DNA of 64,000 nt from an uncultured Planctomycetaceae bacterium (GTDB lineage: Bacteria > Planctomycetota > Planctomycetia > Pirellulales > UBA1268), in the NCBI GenBank assembly GCA_903885565.1, contig CAISJI010000216.1, positions 8,970-72,969 on the forward strand, read 5' to 3'. Under the pieces are notes generated by a model. The model searched no databases and had not been told where the DNA came from. It saw only the letters and a list, made by a program, of their open reading frames with translations. Numbering within the stretch: the first letter of the stretch is position 1; the number at the start of each line of letters is the position of its first letter. Shown one piece after another: positions 54,093 through 64,000 of the stretch. The translations under genes were made by a program, and so were the position numbers.

Positions 54093-54393
54093 CACTACGT
54101 CCTCCATGACGGACTCAACCAACTTGCTTGAACGACCCGGCGATATCCGCCAGTCGATTCTCTTGCCTGCCTGGCCGGGACATCCTGTCCGCAACCGCTC
54201 ATCCACCCACTGCCAAAACCGATCTAGTACCACGCGGCTCGTCTGAGCCGCAATCCATCGTCTGTCGCGGGGACCTCGGATCACCAGCCTCGCGAAACCC
54301 CCGCACCCACTCTCACTCCGCCAGTCTGCCCAAACTCTTGTTCGATATTTTTTTCAGCCTGTTGAGGCGGCTGGCAGTTGCTTCAGCCTCGAC

Positions 54394-54798
54394 TCATTCC
54401 TCTGCTGTTCGATCGGTTCCTTCCGGCCGGGGGGCGGTTGGTTCCTCGGTTGCTCCCTGTCCGGGGGGCGAGTCCTCTACTGAGGGCGTCTCCTTGTCCC
54501 GGCGATAGTCGCGAACCTTGGCCTCCATCTCCTTGCCCGGCTTGAACGAAACCACGCATTTGGCCTGCACCGGCACCTTTTCTCCGGTGCGCGGATTGCG
54601 GGCCATTCGGGCATCCCGCTGTTTGATTTGGAACACTCCGAAATTTCTCAGCTCGATCCTGCCCTCCCGCACCAACGCATCGATCAGAGCATCGAAGGTG
54701 CGTTGCACCAGTTCCTTGGTGCGAAGTTGGGGAAGATCGAGTTGTTCGGCAATGGTCCGGACAATATCTTTCTTGGTCACGGTTCCGGTACTCCGCAC
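54394..54798 (-). CDS. HU/IHF-family DNA-binding protein with extended Pro/Glu-rich C-terminal tail
   Basis: TKKDIVRTIAEQL...ELRNFGVFQIKQRDARMARNPRTGEKVPVQAKCVVSFKPGKEM is the HU/IHF fold. About 35 extra residues follow (RRDKETPSVEDSPPGQGATEEPTAPRPEGTDRTAEE). Confidence 0.85.
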   Translation of the reverse strand: MRSTGTVTKKDIVRTIAEQLDLPQLRTKELVQRTFDALIDALVREGRIELRNFGVFQIKQRDARMARNPRTGEKVPVQAKCVVSFKPGKEMEAKVRDYRRDKETPSVEDSPPGQGATEEPTAPRPEGTDRTAEE

Positions 54799-55144
54799 GA
54801 GTCATCGCGGGTTGCTGGACTCCTACCGACCAAGGTCGATAGCCAGCCCAAAAACCCCCGAGGAAATTCGTCCGAAGTCTATGTCTGGCAAGCAGTAGTG
54901 TCAACAAGTGGCAGCTCCGTTGCAGCCTGATACCGGCTCACCATGCCTCCTTATCGTCGTCACAATCGGCAGACTTGAAGGAATCGGAACAATCGGACCA
55001 AATCGTTCATCTGATGTGGCTGTGGCGGCCCAACCTGAGGGCGGCGGCCTGCTACAATCGGTGGCCCCGCCATCAGCTACGCCCGCGTGGCCAGCGATTT
55101 CGTCTCTTTGCGGCCTGTTCCCGAGCTGGTCAACAACTTTCATC

Positions 55145-56179
55145 ATGCCCCCAGCCGACCGGTTTGCCGCAGCTCGCCCAGCCTCCGAAGGCTCCCCTGT
55201 CGAGCCACCGCCGGTCGATCTGGCGGTGATGATCGGCAGCCTGCGGCTGCCCAACCCGATTCTGGTGGCGTCGGGCACGTTTGGCTACGCGCGGGAGATG
55301 GCCGGCTATGTCGATCTTGCCCGGCTCGGCGGGATCGTGCCCAAAACGATCACGCCGCTGCCGCGCAAGGGGAACGTGCCCTGGCGCACCGTGGAAACCT
55401 CCGCCGGCCTGCTCAATTCGATCGGGCTCGACAACGACGGCATCGACGCCTTTCTGCAGGCCCAGCTCCCCTTCCTGCTCGGCTGTGGGGCGCCGGTGAT
55501 CGTGAGCATCGCTGGCGCCAACCAGCGGGAGTTTGTGCAGTTGGCCGATCGCTTGGAAGGGGTGCCGGGCATCGCGGGCTTGGAGCTGAACATCTCCTGC
55601 CCCAACGTGAGCCATGGTGTCGATCTGGGGACTGATCCGGAGCTCTGCCGCAGCGTTGTGGCGGGCGTGCGCGGGGTGACGCGGCTGCCTGTGATCGCCA
55701 AGCTCACGCCGAATGTCACCGACATCGCCAGCATCGCCAGGGGGGCACGCGACGGTGGCGCCGATGCCCTCACGCTCATCAACACCTGCCAGGGCATGGC
55801 GGTCGACTGGCGGCGGCGGCGGCCAATGCTCGGCAATGGCATCGGAGGCTTGAGCGGACCGGCCATCAAGCCGATTGCACTGCGCTGCGTGTATCAGGTG
55901 CGCAAGGCTGTCGACCTCCCGATCATCGGCGTGGGGGGCATCATGACGATCGATGACTGCATGGAATTCTTCGTCACCGGCGCCACGGCTGTGCAGATCG
56001 GCACAGCCAATTTTGCCGAGCCGATCGCCTCGATGCGCCTGCTTGAGGCGTTGCCGAAAGCGCTTGCCGAGATTGGCGCCACCTGCATGGCTGATCTGAT
56101 CGGCACGCTGCGGCCGCCGGCCGGCGCCGCTGTGCCCGCCCCACCTCCCCCTCCAGGAAGCCCACCGCATGCCGCCTGA
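55145..56179 (+). CDS. pyrD: Dihydroorotate dehydrogenase, class 1B-type catalytic subunit
   Basis: [24 protein letters not shown] (active-site Cys), IAKLTPNV and IIGVGGI are present. The start is ATG 55145. Confidence 0.85.
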   Translation: MPPADRFAAARPASEGSPVEPPPVDLAVMIGSLRLPNPILVASGTFGYAREMAGYVDLARLGGIVPKTITPLPRKGNVPWRTVETSAGLLNSIGLDNDGIDAFLQAQLPFLLGCGAPVIVSIAGANQREFVQLADRLEGVPGIAGLELNISCPNVSHGVDLGTDPELCRSVVAGVRGVTRLPVIAKLTPNVTDIASIARGARDGGADALTLINTCQGMAVDWRRRRPMLGNGIGGLSGPAIKPIALRCVYQVRKAVDLPIIGVGGIMTIDDCMEFFVTGATAVQIGTANFAEPIASMRLLEALPKALAEIGATCMADLIGTLRPPAGAAVPAPPPPPGSPPHAA

Positions 56180-57191
56180 TTCCACCGCCGCTCCCGCCCC
56201 GGTGCGCGTTCTGTCGGGCATCCAGCCGACAGGGCGATTCCACTGGGGGAATTATTTCGGTGCTATCCGGCAGTACATCGACCTGCAAGCTGCCGGAGAG
56301 TCTTTCTATTTTATCGCCGATCTGCATGCCCTCACGACCGTTCGCGAGCCCGCTCGCCTCCGTGCTCTCGTGCGCGACGCCGCTCTTGATCTCGTGGCAC
56401 TCGGCCTCGATCCGGAGCAGGCGGCGCTGTTTGTGCAATCGGATGTGCCGGAGGTCACGGAGCTGACATGGCTCTTGATGACGGTCACTCCGATGGGGCT
56501 GCTCGAACGGTGCCATGCCTACAAGGATAAAAAATCGCGCGGCATTGCGGCCGATGCCGGGCTGTTCACCTATCCGGTGCTGATGAGCGCCGACATCCTC
56601 GCCTACGACGCCACCGTGGTGCCGGTGGGGGAAGATCAGGTGCAGCATATTGAGGTCTGCCGGGATCTGGCCGGCACATTCAACCACCTCTACGGCGAGG
56701 TGTTCACGCTCCCCAAGCCGAGGCTGGTAGACAGCGGCGCACGGGTTCCGGGCACCGACGGGCAGAAGATGTCCAAAAGCTACGACAACACGCTCGATGT
56801 GTTTGAGGACCTGCCGGCGCAGAAGAAGAAAATCATGCGGATCACCACCGACTCGCGGCCGCTGGAAGACCCCAAAGATCCGGCGGATGATCAGCTCTTC
56901 GCACTCTATTCGCTCGTCGCCCCGGAGCCTGAGCGGCAGGCGATGGCCGCGCTCTACCAGCGCGGCGGCTTTGGCTATGGCGAGGTGAAAAAGGCGCTGG
57001 TGACTGCCGCTGCCGATTACTTCTCCGCTGCCCGCAGCCGGAGGGCTGCTCTGGCGGCCGATGCGGGGCGCATCGAGGCGATTCTCGAGGCTGGTGCCGC
57101 GCGGGCCAGGCAGAAGGCGGGCGCGGTGCTGGCACGGGCCCGGCAGGCCTGCGGGTTGTCGCGGGGATATGGCTCCGGGAGGCAGGCATGA
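56169..57191 (+). CDS. trpS: Tryptophan--tRNA ligase
   Basis: [17 protein letters not shown] (HIGH-like region), [10 protein letters not shown] and the KMSKS motif are present. Confidence 0.95.
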   Translation: MPPDSTAAPAPVRVLSGIQPTGRFHWGNYFGAIRQYIDLQAAGESFYFIADLHALTTVREPARLRALVRDAALDLVALGLDPEQAALFVQSDVPEVTELTWLLMTVTPMGLLERCHAYKDKKSRGIAADAGLFTYPVLMSADILAYDATVVPVGEDQVQHIEVCRDLAGTFNHLYGEVFTLPKPRLVDSGARVPGTDGQKMSKSYDNTLDVFEDLPAQKKKIMRITTDSRPLEDPKDPADDQLFALYSLVAPEPERQAMAALYQRGGFGYGEVKKALVTAAADYFSAARSRRAALAADAGRIEAILEAGAARARQKAGAVLARARQACGLSRGYGSGRQA

Positions 57192-57607
57192 ACGTCTTGG
57201 GGATCGGCACCGACATCACCGAATGCCTGCGGATCGCGCAGATGATCGAGCGGCACGGCGAACTCTTTGTGGGCCGCGTGTACACGTCGCTGGAGATCGA
57301 ATACTGCCGCAGCCGCCGGATGGCCACGCAGCATTTCGCGGGTCGCTGGGCCGCCAAAGAGGCGGTGCTCAAGGCCTTGGGCACCGGCTGGCGCCGGGGC
57401 ATCAGCTGGCGCGACATTGAGATCCGCAATGCCCCGGGGGGGCGGCCCCAGACGCTGCTGCAGGGGGGGGCACTCGATGTGGCCGAGAAGCTCGGCATCG
57501 AGTGCGTGCTCATCAGCATCTCCCACTGCCGGTCTCACGCCACCGCCTATGCGGTGGCGCTCGACGAGGTGCCGACCACGTTCAGCGACGATCCCTACGG
57601 GTCCTGA
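57188..57607 (+). CDS. acpS: Holo-[acyl-carrier-protein] synthase
   Basis: [13 protein letters not shown]...[16 protein letters not shown]...ISISH is a typical AcpS sequence. It overlaps trpS by 4 nt. Confidence 0.9.
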   Translation: MNVLGIGTDITECLRIAQMIERHGELFVGRVYTSLEIEYCRSRRMATQHFAGRWAAKEAVLKALGTGWRRGISWRDIEIRNAPGGRPQTLLQGGALDVAEKLGIECVLISISHCRSHATAYAVALDEVPTTFSDDPYGS

Positions 57608-57624
57608 AGCGGCGGGGGACTGCG

Positions 57625-60423
57625 TCAGGCCTCAAATGGCGGCAGGTGCGCCACGCCCCCTTCGATGCACAGGCTGGCCAGCGGCGCGCCATCAGGCACG
57701 TTTGTGACACCGTCGCGGCGGGTGAGCTGCAGGCGGGTCTGCAGACGCATATGTTCCTGAAGCTGTTTTTCCAGGGCCTCCCGCTGCGCCTCCGGCAGCT
57801 TGGTGAATGCTTCCCGCCCGCGGCATTTGGGAAACGCCCGGCAGCCGAGCCAGGGCCCGCGTTTCCCATCGCGCAGATTCATCAAGTTGCCACACTTCTG
57901 GCAAGCGATGTCGGTCAGCACCGGAGGGGGCGACGGGAATTTGAGCAGCCCCTTTTTGTCGATGTTGAGGATGAACGGAGCCGGCTCCGCGGTCTCGGCC
58001 GCTGCCTTCTTGCCCTTGGGCTTCACCGGGCGGGGCTTGTCCTCCACGAGGAAATCGCCAAACCTGCCGGTGCGTTTGACCATCGGCACCCCCGCTGGGG
58101 AGAGCAGATCGATCTGCTCGGGCAACAGCGGCCGCCGCTGGCGGTCGACCGGCATCGCGAACGTGCAGGCGGGCACTTCCTTGATTTTGGCAGGCTTGCG
58201 TGGCTTGGCCTTCGCCCCCTTTTTGGTCGGGGCTCGCGCGGCGGCCGCCGCAGCTGCCGCCTTGGCCACGCCAGCGGGGTCGGGGATCTTCTCGTTGTAG
58301 CCGCTGCAGGAGAGAAACTCCCCCTTGTTGCCCAGGCGAAACTCCAGCCGTCGATGGCACTGCGGGCAGCCATAGGGGGAGGGATCCGACTTCGCCTTCT
58401 CGTGCTCCTGCTCCATGGCGCCGGCAAGTTTTGGCGTGAGTTCGTCGTAAAACTCATGGAGCATTTCTGTCCAGGGCTTGTCCCCCTGAGCCACTTCGTC
58501 GAGCTCCCGTTCGATCCCGCGGGTGTAGCCGATCTCGATGAATTGATCGCGGAAAGCGCGCTTGAGAAATCCGGTGACCGCCTCGCCCACAGCCGTGGCT
58601 TGGAAGCGACGGTCTTGCTGCACGACGTAGTTTCGCTTCTCGATCACATTGATAATGCTGGCGTAGGTGGAGGGGCGGCCGATCCCCTCCTCCTCCATCT
58701 TTTTGACCAGGGTGGCTTCGGTGAAGCGGGGCGGAGGGGCCTGAAACTTCTGCCGCGGCTCGATGTCGAACGGGGCCAGTTCGGTGCCATTCTGGAAATC
58801 GGGGAGCACCTGCTCCCCGTCGTCCCTGGGGGTTCCGCTGATGGCAAAAAAGCCATCGAAACGGAGCACGCGGCCGTTGGCCTTGAACACAGCGCCGGTG
58901 TCGCGATCGGTGCGCCGCAGGCGGACGGCGGTCGAATCCCACTCGGCGTCGGTGGCCTGGCAGGAGATAAAACTCTGCCAGATCAGGCGGTAGAGCTTGA
59001 GCTGCTCCTCTGTCAGCGCGCTTGAGACGCTGTCGGGATCCCGGAAGGCATCGGTGGGGCGGATCGCCTCGTGGGCCTCCTGGGCACTTTCGTTGCTGCT
59101 GCTGAAAACGCGTTGTTTTTCCGGAAGATATCGAGGCCCGTGCCGCTCCTGAAGATAGCGCCGCGCCATCTCCACCGCCTCGCGCGAGAGATTTGTGGAA
59201 TCGGTACGCATGTAGGTGATCAGGCCCACCCGTCCCTCGCCGGGGAGATCGATTCCCTCGTAGAGCTGCTGGGCGATGCGCATCGTCCGGTCGGTCGACA
59301 TGCCCAGCCGGCTGCTGGCCGCCTGCTGCAGCGTGCTGGTGATGAAGGGGGGATAGGGACGCGACCGGGTGCGGGTGATATCGATCGATTCGACGGTGTA
59401 GCGGGCCTTGGGATCGGGCCGGCCGGTGAGTCGGACGACATTCCTGCCCCGCCCCTTCCCGGAGGAGTCGATTTCGCGGGCCAGTTGCAGATCGATCAGG
59501 CCGGCGGCGGCTGCGGCTGATTCGGCGCCGATAGCCAGATCGGCGCTGGACATGTTTTCCGCCTCAATCTTCAGCGGCTTGCCAGCCACTTCCACCAGAT
59601 CGCAGGAGAGGGCCCTGTGATCGGCCAGCCATGCCATGCGGTCGCGCACCAGCGGCGGCCGGCCCCGCTCGTCACGCTTGGCCAGCAGTGTCTGCCACTG
59701 GGCATGGAGCGATGTGGCCGCGGCCACATCAAACGTCATGCTTCCGGAGATCTCCCACGATTCGTTGGGAGTGAAGGCCCTGATCTCCTGCTCCCGTTCA
59801 ACCACGATGCGCGTGGCCACGCTCTGGACTCTCCCGGCGCTCAGTCCCCCCGCCACCTTTTTCCAGATGATCGGTGACACCTGATAGCCAACGATCCTGT
59901 CGACAATGCGGCGGGCCTGCTGGGCCTCCACACGGGGCATATTGATGACGCGCGGCGACTGGAAGGCCCGCTGCACCTCCGCCTTGGTGATCGCGTCGAA
60001 GGTCACCCGTTTGGCGTGGAGCGGGTCGACATTGAGAACCTGGGTGAGGTGCCAGGCGATCGCCTCCCCCTCCCTGTCAAGATCGGTGGCAAACCAGACA
60101 TCATCGGCCCCTTTGGCCAGCCGACGCAGCTCAGCCACGGTCTTGGTCTTCCCCTCGTCGATGACGTAGGTGGGAGCAAAGTCATGGTCGAGGTCGACGC
60201 CGGGGACTGGCTGTTTGGAGCCTTTGGGGGCTTTACCCGGCAGGTCGCGAATGTGGCCGATCGAGGCTTTGACCACGAATCCTGGGCCCAGATATTTTTC
60301 GATGGTCTTGGCTTTGGCGGGGCTTTCCACGATGACCAACTGGTAGCCCTTGCCGCCGGTCGGTGCCGCCGTGGTGCTGCCAGAGGGGCTCTTCGCGGGG
60401 CGTTTTGCTGTCTTTTTAGCCAT
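57625..60423 (-). CDS. topA: DNA topoisomerase I
   Basis: 932 aa. The TOPRIM opening is LVIVESPAKAKTIEKYLG. The active-site region is ITYMRTDS. C-terminal Cys4 zinc fingers are present (CPQCHRRL, CQKCGN...CRAFPKC). Confidence 0.95.
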   Translation of the reverse strand: MAKKTAKRPAKSPSGSTTAAPTGGKGYQLVIVESPAKAKTIEKYLGPGFVVKASIGHIRDLPGKAPKGSKQPVPGVDLDHDFAPTYVIDEGKTKTVAELRRLAKGADDVWFATDLDREGEAIAWHLTQVLNVDPLHAKRVTFDAITKAEVQRAFQSPRVINMPRVEAQQARRIVDRIVGYQVSPIIWKKVAGGLSAGRVQSVATRIVVEREQEIRAFTPNESWEISGSMTFDVAAATSLHAQWQTLLAKRDERGRPPLVRDRMAWLADHRALSCDLVEVAGKPLKIEAENMSSADLAIGAESAAAAAGLIDLQLAREIDSSGKGRGRNVVRLTGRPDPKARYTVESIDITRTRSRPYPPFITSTLQQAASSRLGMSTDRTMRIAQQLYEGIDLPGEGRVGLITYMRTDSTNLSREAVEMARRYLQERHGPRYLPEKQRVFSSSNESAQEAHEAIRPTDAFRDPDSVSSALTEEQLKLYRLIWQSFISCQATDAEWDSTAVRLRRTDRDTGAVFKANGRVLRFDGFFAISGTPRDDGEQVLPDFQNGTELAPFDIEPRQKFQAPPPRFTEATLVKKMEEEGIGRPSTYASIINVIEKRNYVVQQDRRFQATAVGEAVTGFLKRAFRDQFIEIGYTRGIERELDEVAQGDKPWTEMLHEFYDELTPKLAGAMEQEHEKAKSDPSPYGCPQCHRRLEFRLGNKGEFLSCSGYNEKIPDPAGVAKAAAAAAAARAPTKKGAKAKPRKPAKIKEVPACTFAMPVDRQRRPLLPEQIDLLSPAGVPMVKRTGRFGDFLVEDKPRPVKPKGKKAAAETAEPAPFILNIDKKGLLKFPSPPPVLTDIACQKCGNLMNLRDGKRGPWLGCRAFPKCRGREAFTKLPEAQREALEKQLQEHMRLQTRLQLTRRDGVTNVPDGAPLASLCIEGGVAHLPPFEA

Positions 60424-60633
60424 GGCGGGAGCGGCCCGATTCTGCTTGAGGAGCGGTAAAAAGAACCCCCGCCGGTGATGTTCCGGCGGCTGGGCATTTT
60501 GGTACGGGATTGGCGCACACAGACCGTTCTCTACAATCGGCCACCTGTTGCGCTCGACAGACAGCGTTACCCTCCATTCTCTTCCCTTGTCAAGGCTCGG
60601 CGGTTTTGTTGCCGTTCGAGGTCAGGCTCCGCC

Positions 60634-62913
60634 ATGGCCGGTTCTTTCGATCTTTTCCGCAAGTATCAGCGTTCGCTGCTGGTTTTTGTCGCCATTTTGG
60701 CGATGCTCGCTTTTTTCGTGCTCCCCCCCTTTCTGCAGATGGGCAGCAGCGCCCCGGCAGGGGATCCGGTGGCGGTCCACTGGAGCGGCGGCGATGTCCG
60801 CGAGGACCAACTCGAACGCAGCGTAGCCATGCGGTCGGTGCTCAACCGCTTTCTGGTGGAGAGTGCTGTCGCCGCCGGGCGGGATCCCTCGCAACTGCCG
60901 CTGTTTCCCGATAACGAGCAGGCTGTGATCCGCTCGATGCTGGTCGGGGAGGAAGGCCGGAAAAACGGGCTGGTGGTGAGTGACGTGGCGATCAACGAGT
61001 TTCTCTCCGACTGGACCAACAACCTCGTACGCCAAGAGAAATTCAACGAAATTCTCGCCGGGCTGCGGCTCGGGCCGATGGCGGTTTCGCAGCGCGATCT
61101 GTTTGAAACGCTGCGGGCAGAACTGCTCGCCCGCAATACACTGATGATGTTTCAGGCTGGTTTTTCCGGCGATCCGCCCGGGTGGCGCTGGGATTATTTC
61201 AAGCGTATGGAGCAGGCGGCGACGATCGAGGCGGTGGGCGTGCCGGTCGGCCTGTTTGCCGATCAAGTGGCCCCCCCCTCCGAGCCGACGCTGCGGGCAT
61301 TTTATGAGAAATACAAAGAAGATCTCCCCGATGCGCGCAGCGAGAACCCCGGCTTCCGCGAACCCCGCCGGGTGAAGTTTGAGACGCTGGTAGCCCGGCG
61401 CGAGGCGTTTGTGGAAGAGGCGGCCCAAGCCGTGACCGACGCCGAAATTCTGGAATTCTACGAAAAGAACAAAACCGCGATGTTCCGGGCCAAGCCCGCC
61501 ACCGAGGCGGCTGCCAGCCAGCCCGCAGCAGAGGCACCCGCAGCAGAGGCACCCGCAGCAGAGGCTCCCGCAGCAGAGGCTCCGGCAGCGCCGCCCCCTG
61601 AAACGCAGCCGGCAGCAGCAGCCACCGGCGCTCCGGCGGCCCCAGCGGCTGAGCCGGAGGGGGCCGCCCCCGTGGCAGCCCCGGCGGCCGTCGAAGAACC
61701 GCCGGCCGCGGCGCCGGCAGCGGAGACTCCCCCCCCGGCTGTCCCTGCTGCCGAGGCGCCTGCCACGCCTGAGGCGCCTGCCACGCCGGCACCGGCGGGA
61801 GCAGCGCTGCCGCAGAGCCCCTTTCGGCAGGTGGCGTTCAAGCAGCCTGCTGCGGCCGAGACGCCGGCCGCTGACGCTTCCGCCCCCCAGACGGCAGTGG
61901 CAGCGCCCGCCTCCCCTGCCGCAGAGCCGGCAGCTCCGGTCGAGGTTCAGCCGCTGGAAGAGGTGAAGGATAAGATTCGGGACCAACTGGCCCAGCAGAA
62001 GGCCAACATCCGGATCGACAATGTCTTTGCCGCCGTGGCCAAGGATCTGACCGACTACGCCGCAGATCTGGCTCTCTGGCAGGCACAGCAGATTGCCGGC
62101 CGGGAAGCTCCCCGAGCCCCCGATTTCGACAAGATCGCCAGTGTGCAGGGGCTTCAGGCTGTGCGTTCGGAACTCGTCACCGCCCAGCAGGCCTTTGACG
62201 GCGGCGGGGTGGGGCGGAGCTTCGATTTTGTGGCCGATCCAGGCAGCCGGTTCGGGGTGCGTCAGCTCAATTGGCTGGAAAGCATGTACGGCCCCAACAC
62301 GCTCTCCCTGCGGCCGATAACCACTCGCGATTTTGAGGGCAACCGCTACCTCTCGTGGAAGACCGAGGACCAGCCGGAGTTCGTGCCTTCGTTCACAGTG
62401 GTCCGGGCCAATGTGGAAAAAGCCTGGCGGATGGTGGAAGCCCGCGGATTGGCTGCCAAGCAGGCCCAAGACCTGATCAGCCGAGCTGCAACGCAAAAGG
62501 AACCGCTGGGAGCGGTGATCGCCGGCCAGCCCGCACTCCAGGCCTTGCAGGCGGTGCAGGTGGGGCCGTTCCCCTGGGTGGCGCCTGAGGCCCTCGCCAA
62601 TGGCAATGCGGCTCCCAGCCAGCCTGAGGGGCTGTCCTTCCCCGGCAACGATTTCATGCGGACGCTGTTTGCCCTTGAGGCAGGTGGGGCAGGGGTGGCT
62701 TTCAATGAGCCGCGAACTGTCTGCTATGCCTTTCGGATGCTTGCGCTCGATCCTCCCGAGCAGGTGCTCAAAGAGCGCTTCGTCGAGGGGCGAGCCGATC
62801 AGCGGCGGATCGGCATGGTGGCTCAGGGAGAGTTCACCGGCGCCTTCCAGCAGTGGATGGAGGGCGTGGAGAAGCGTTACGACCTGCAGTGGAAGCGGCA
62901 GCCCCGCCGCTAG
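60634..62913 (+). CDS. PpiD/SurA-like periplasmic chaperone with long Ala/Pro/Glu low-complexity insert
   Basis: The N-terminal anchor is FRKYQRSLLVFVAILAMLAFFVL. The flanks look SurA-N-like. About 150 aa of A/P/E-rich sequence sit in the middle. The start is ATG 60634. Confidence 0.7.
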   Translation: MAGSFDLFRKYQRSLLVFVAILAMLAFFVLPPFLQMGSSAPAGDPVAVHWSGGDVREDQLERSVAMRSVLNRFLVESAVAAGRDPSQLPLFPDNEQAVIRSMLVGEEGRKNGLVVSDVAINEFLSDWTNNLVRQEKFNEILAGLRLGPMAVSQRDLFETLRAELLARNTLMMFQAGFSGDPPGWRWDYFKRMEQAATIEAVGVPVGLFADQVAPPSEPTLRAFYEKYKEDLPDARSENPGFREPRRVKFETLVARREAFVEEAAQAVTDAEILEFYEKNKTAMFRAKPATEAAASQPAAEAPAAEAPAAEAPAAEAPAAPPPETQPAAAATGAPAAPAAEPEGAAPVAAPAAVEEPPAAAPAAETPPPAVPAAEAPATPEAPATPAPAGAALPQSPFRQVAFKQPAAAETPAADASAPQTAVAAPASPAAEPAAPVEVQPLEEVKDKIRDQLAQQKANIRIDNVFAAVAKDLTDYAADLALWQAQQIAGREAPRAPDFDKIASVQGLQAVRSELVTAQQAFDGGGVGRSFDFVADPGSRFGVRQLNWLESMYGPNTLSLRPITTRDFEGNRYLSWKTEDQPEFVPSFTVVRANVEKAWRMVEARGLAAKQAQDLISRAATQKEPLGAVIAGQPALQALQAVQVGPFPWVAPEALANGNAAPSQPEGLSFPGNDFMRTLFALEAGGAGVAFNEPRTVCYAFRMLALDPPEQVLKERFVEGRADQRRIGMVAQGEFTGAFQQWMEGVEKRYDLQWKRQPRR
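61525..61590 (+). repeat. 15-bp tandem repeat x4.4 (coding for AEAPA units)
   Basis: GCAGCAGAGGCACCC occurs twice, then GCAGCAGAGGCTCCC, then GCAGCAGAGGCTCCG, then a partial unit. Confidence 0.85.
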
Positions 62914-62915
62914 CA

Positions 62916-64000
62916 TCAGCGCCGCGGCTTGAGCACGATGGTGGCCAGAGGTGGCAGCGACAGGCTGAGCGAATGGGGCCGGTTGTGGTGCGGTTGAGGC
63001 ACCGCCTGGAGCGAGCCGGCGTTGCCGACGTTGCTCCCGCCATACCAGGCCGAATCGCTGTTGAAGACCTCGTCGTAGATGCCCCCCTGCGGCACGCCCA
63101 CCCGGTAGCCGGCCCGCGGCACCGGCGTGAAGTTGCAGCAGACCACGAGGAAATCGTTCGGGTCTGCTGCCAGACGGATGAACGCCAGCACGCTGTCCTG
63201 CCAGTTGCTGCAGTCGATCCAGTCGAACCCCCGAATGTCGCAGTCGAGTTCATGGAGCGCCGGTTCGCGGCAGACCAGGGCGTTGAGATCTGCCAAGGCT
63301 TTCGCGACGCCCTGATGGGCCGCCTGGTCGAGCAGATGCCAATGGAGACTCGAGTCGAAATCCCATTCCGTCCACTGGCCAAACTCCCCCCCCATGAACA
63401 GCAGTTTCTTGCCCGGGTGGCACCACATATAGCCATAGAGCAGCCGCAGGTTGGCGAATTTCTGCCACGGGTCACCCGGCATCTGGGTGAGGAGCGATCC
63501 CTTGCAGTGCACCACTTCGTCATGCGAGAGGGGGAGGACGAAGTTCTCACTGAAGGCGTAGATGAGGCTGAACGTCAGTTCGTCGTGGTGGTAGCGGCGG
63601 TGGATCGGATCTTGGCGCATGTACCGCAGCGTGTCGTTCATCCACCCCATGTTCCACTTGAGGCTGAAGCCGAGGCCACCGGTATCGGTTGGCCGCGAAA
63701 CACCGGGCCAGGAGGTTGATTCCTCGGCAATGGTGACCACCCCCGGGTGGTGCTGGTGCACCTGCACGTTGAATTCCTTGAGGAAGGCGACCGCCTCCAG
63801 GTTTTCCCGGCCACCGAGGCGGTTGGGCAACCATTCCCCCTCTTTGCGGCTGTAGTCGAGGTAGAGCATCGATGCCACAGCATCGACCCGCAGCCCGTCG
63901 ATGTGGTAGCGGTCGAGCCAGAACAGGGCGCTGGAGATGAGGTAGTTGGACACCTCATGGCGACCGTAATTGAAGATCAGGGTGCCCCAGTCGGGATGCT
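62916..64000 (-). CDS. glgB: 1,4-alpha-glucan branching enzyme, C-terminal part (gene continues past the window end)
   Basis: My hand translation continues upstream of the track ORF as ...[46 protein letters not shown]. This is the GH13 branching-enzyme catalytic region, and the frame is open to base 64000. Confidence 0.9.
   Translation of the reverse strand, partial: HPDWGTLIFNYGRHEVSNYLISSALFWLDRYHIDGLRVDAVASMLYLDYSRKEGEWLPNRLGGRENLEAVAFLKEFNVQVHQHHPGVVTIAEESTSWPGVSRPTDTGGLGFSLKWNMGWMNDTLRYMRQDPIHRRYHHDELTFSLIYAFSENFVLPLSHDEVVHCKGSLLTQMPGDPWQKFANLRLLYGYMWCHPGKKLLFMGGEFGQWTEWDFDSSLHWHLLDQAAHQGVAKALADLNALVCREPALHELDCDIRGFDWIDCSNWQDSVLAFIRLAADPNDFLVVCCNFTPVPRAGYRVGVPQGGIYDEVFNSDSAWYGGSNVGNAGSLQAVPQPHHNRPHSLSLSLPPLATIVLKPRR

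Overview
High-GC (about 63-72% in hand-counted lines) bacterial chromosome segment. The gene content points to Planctomycetota: giant TPR proteins, a PVC-type CxxCH 'dehydrogenase-like' protein, a fused MFS/spermidine-synthase, a Ser/Thr kinase, and weak or absent Shine-Dalgarno sites. This taxonomic call is an inference; I could not run any search. I support about 50 genes and one tRNA. Most are housekeeping: selO, aspS, dcd, nth, folE, moaD/E/A, a SufS-like desulfurase, pyrD, trpS, acpS, topA and glgB. Five things stand out. (1) A DTE proton-pump rhodopsin is followed by a blh retinal-synthesis gene. The blh gene runs off the window start and is missing from the ORF track. (2) A low-GC 2.5-kb cassette (about 50-57% GC) carries a ComM/YifB-like AAA+ protein tightly coupled to a membrane-anchored HIRAN-domain protein. 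An 84-bp three-hairpin direct repeat sits exactly at both edges of this cassette. (3) A 98-bp double-hairpin repeat lies inside a condensation-domain CDS without breaking the frame, and it recurs 30 kb away. (4) Two collinear paralogous TPR proteins of about 1,470 aa differ in GC by about 10 points. (5) The gap upstream of folE is a hairpin-dense, diverged 103-bp tandem structure. I saw no CRISPR array, rRNA, transposase or integrase. All family calls rest on motifs I recognised by eye, and start codons are often uncertain. The many long antisense ORFs in the track are high-GC artefacts.
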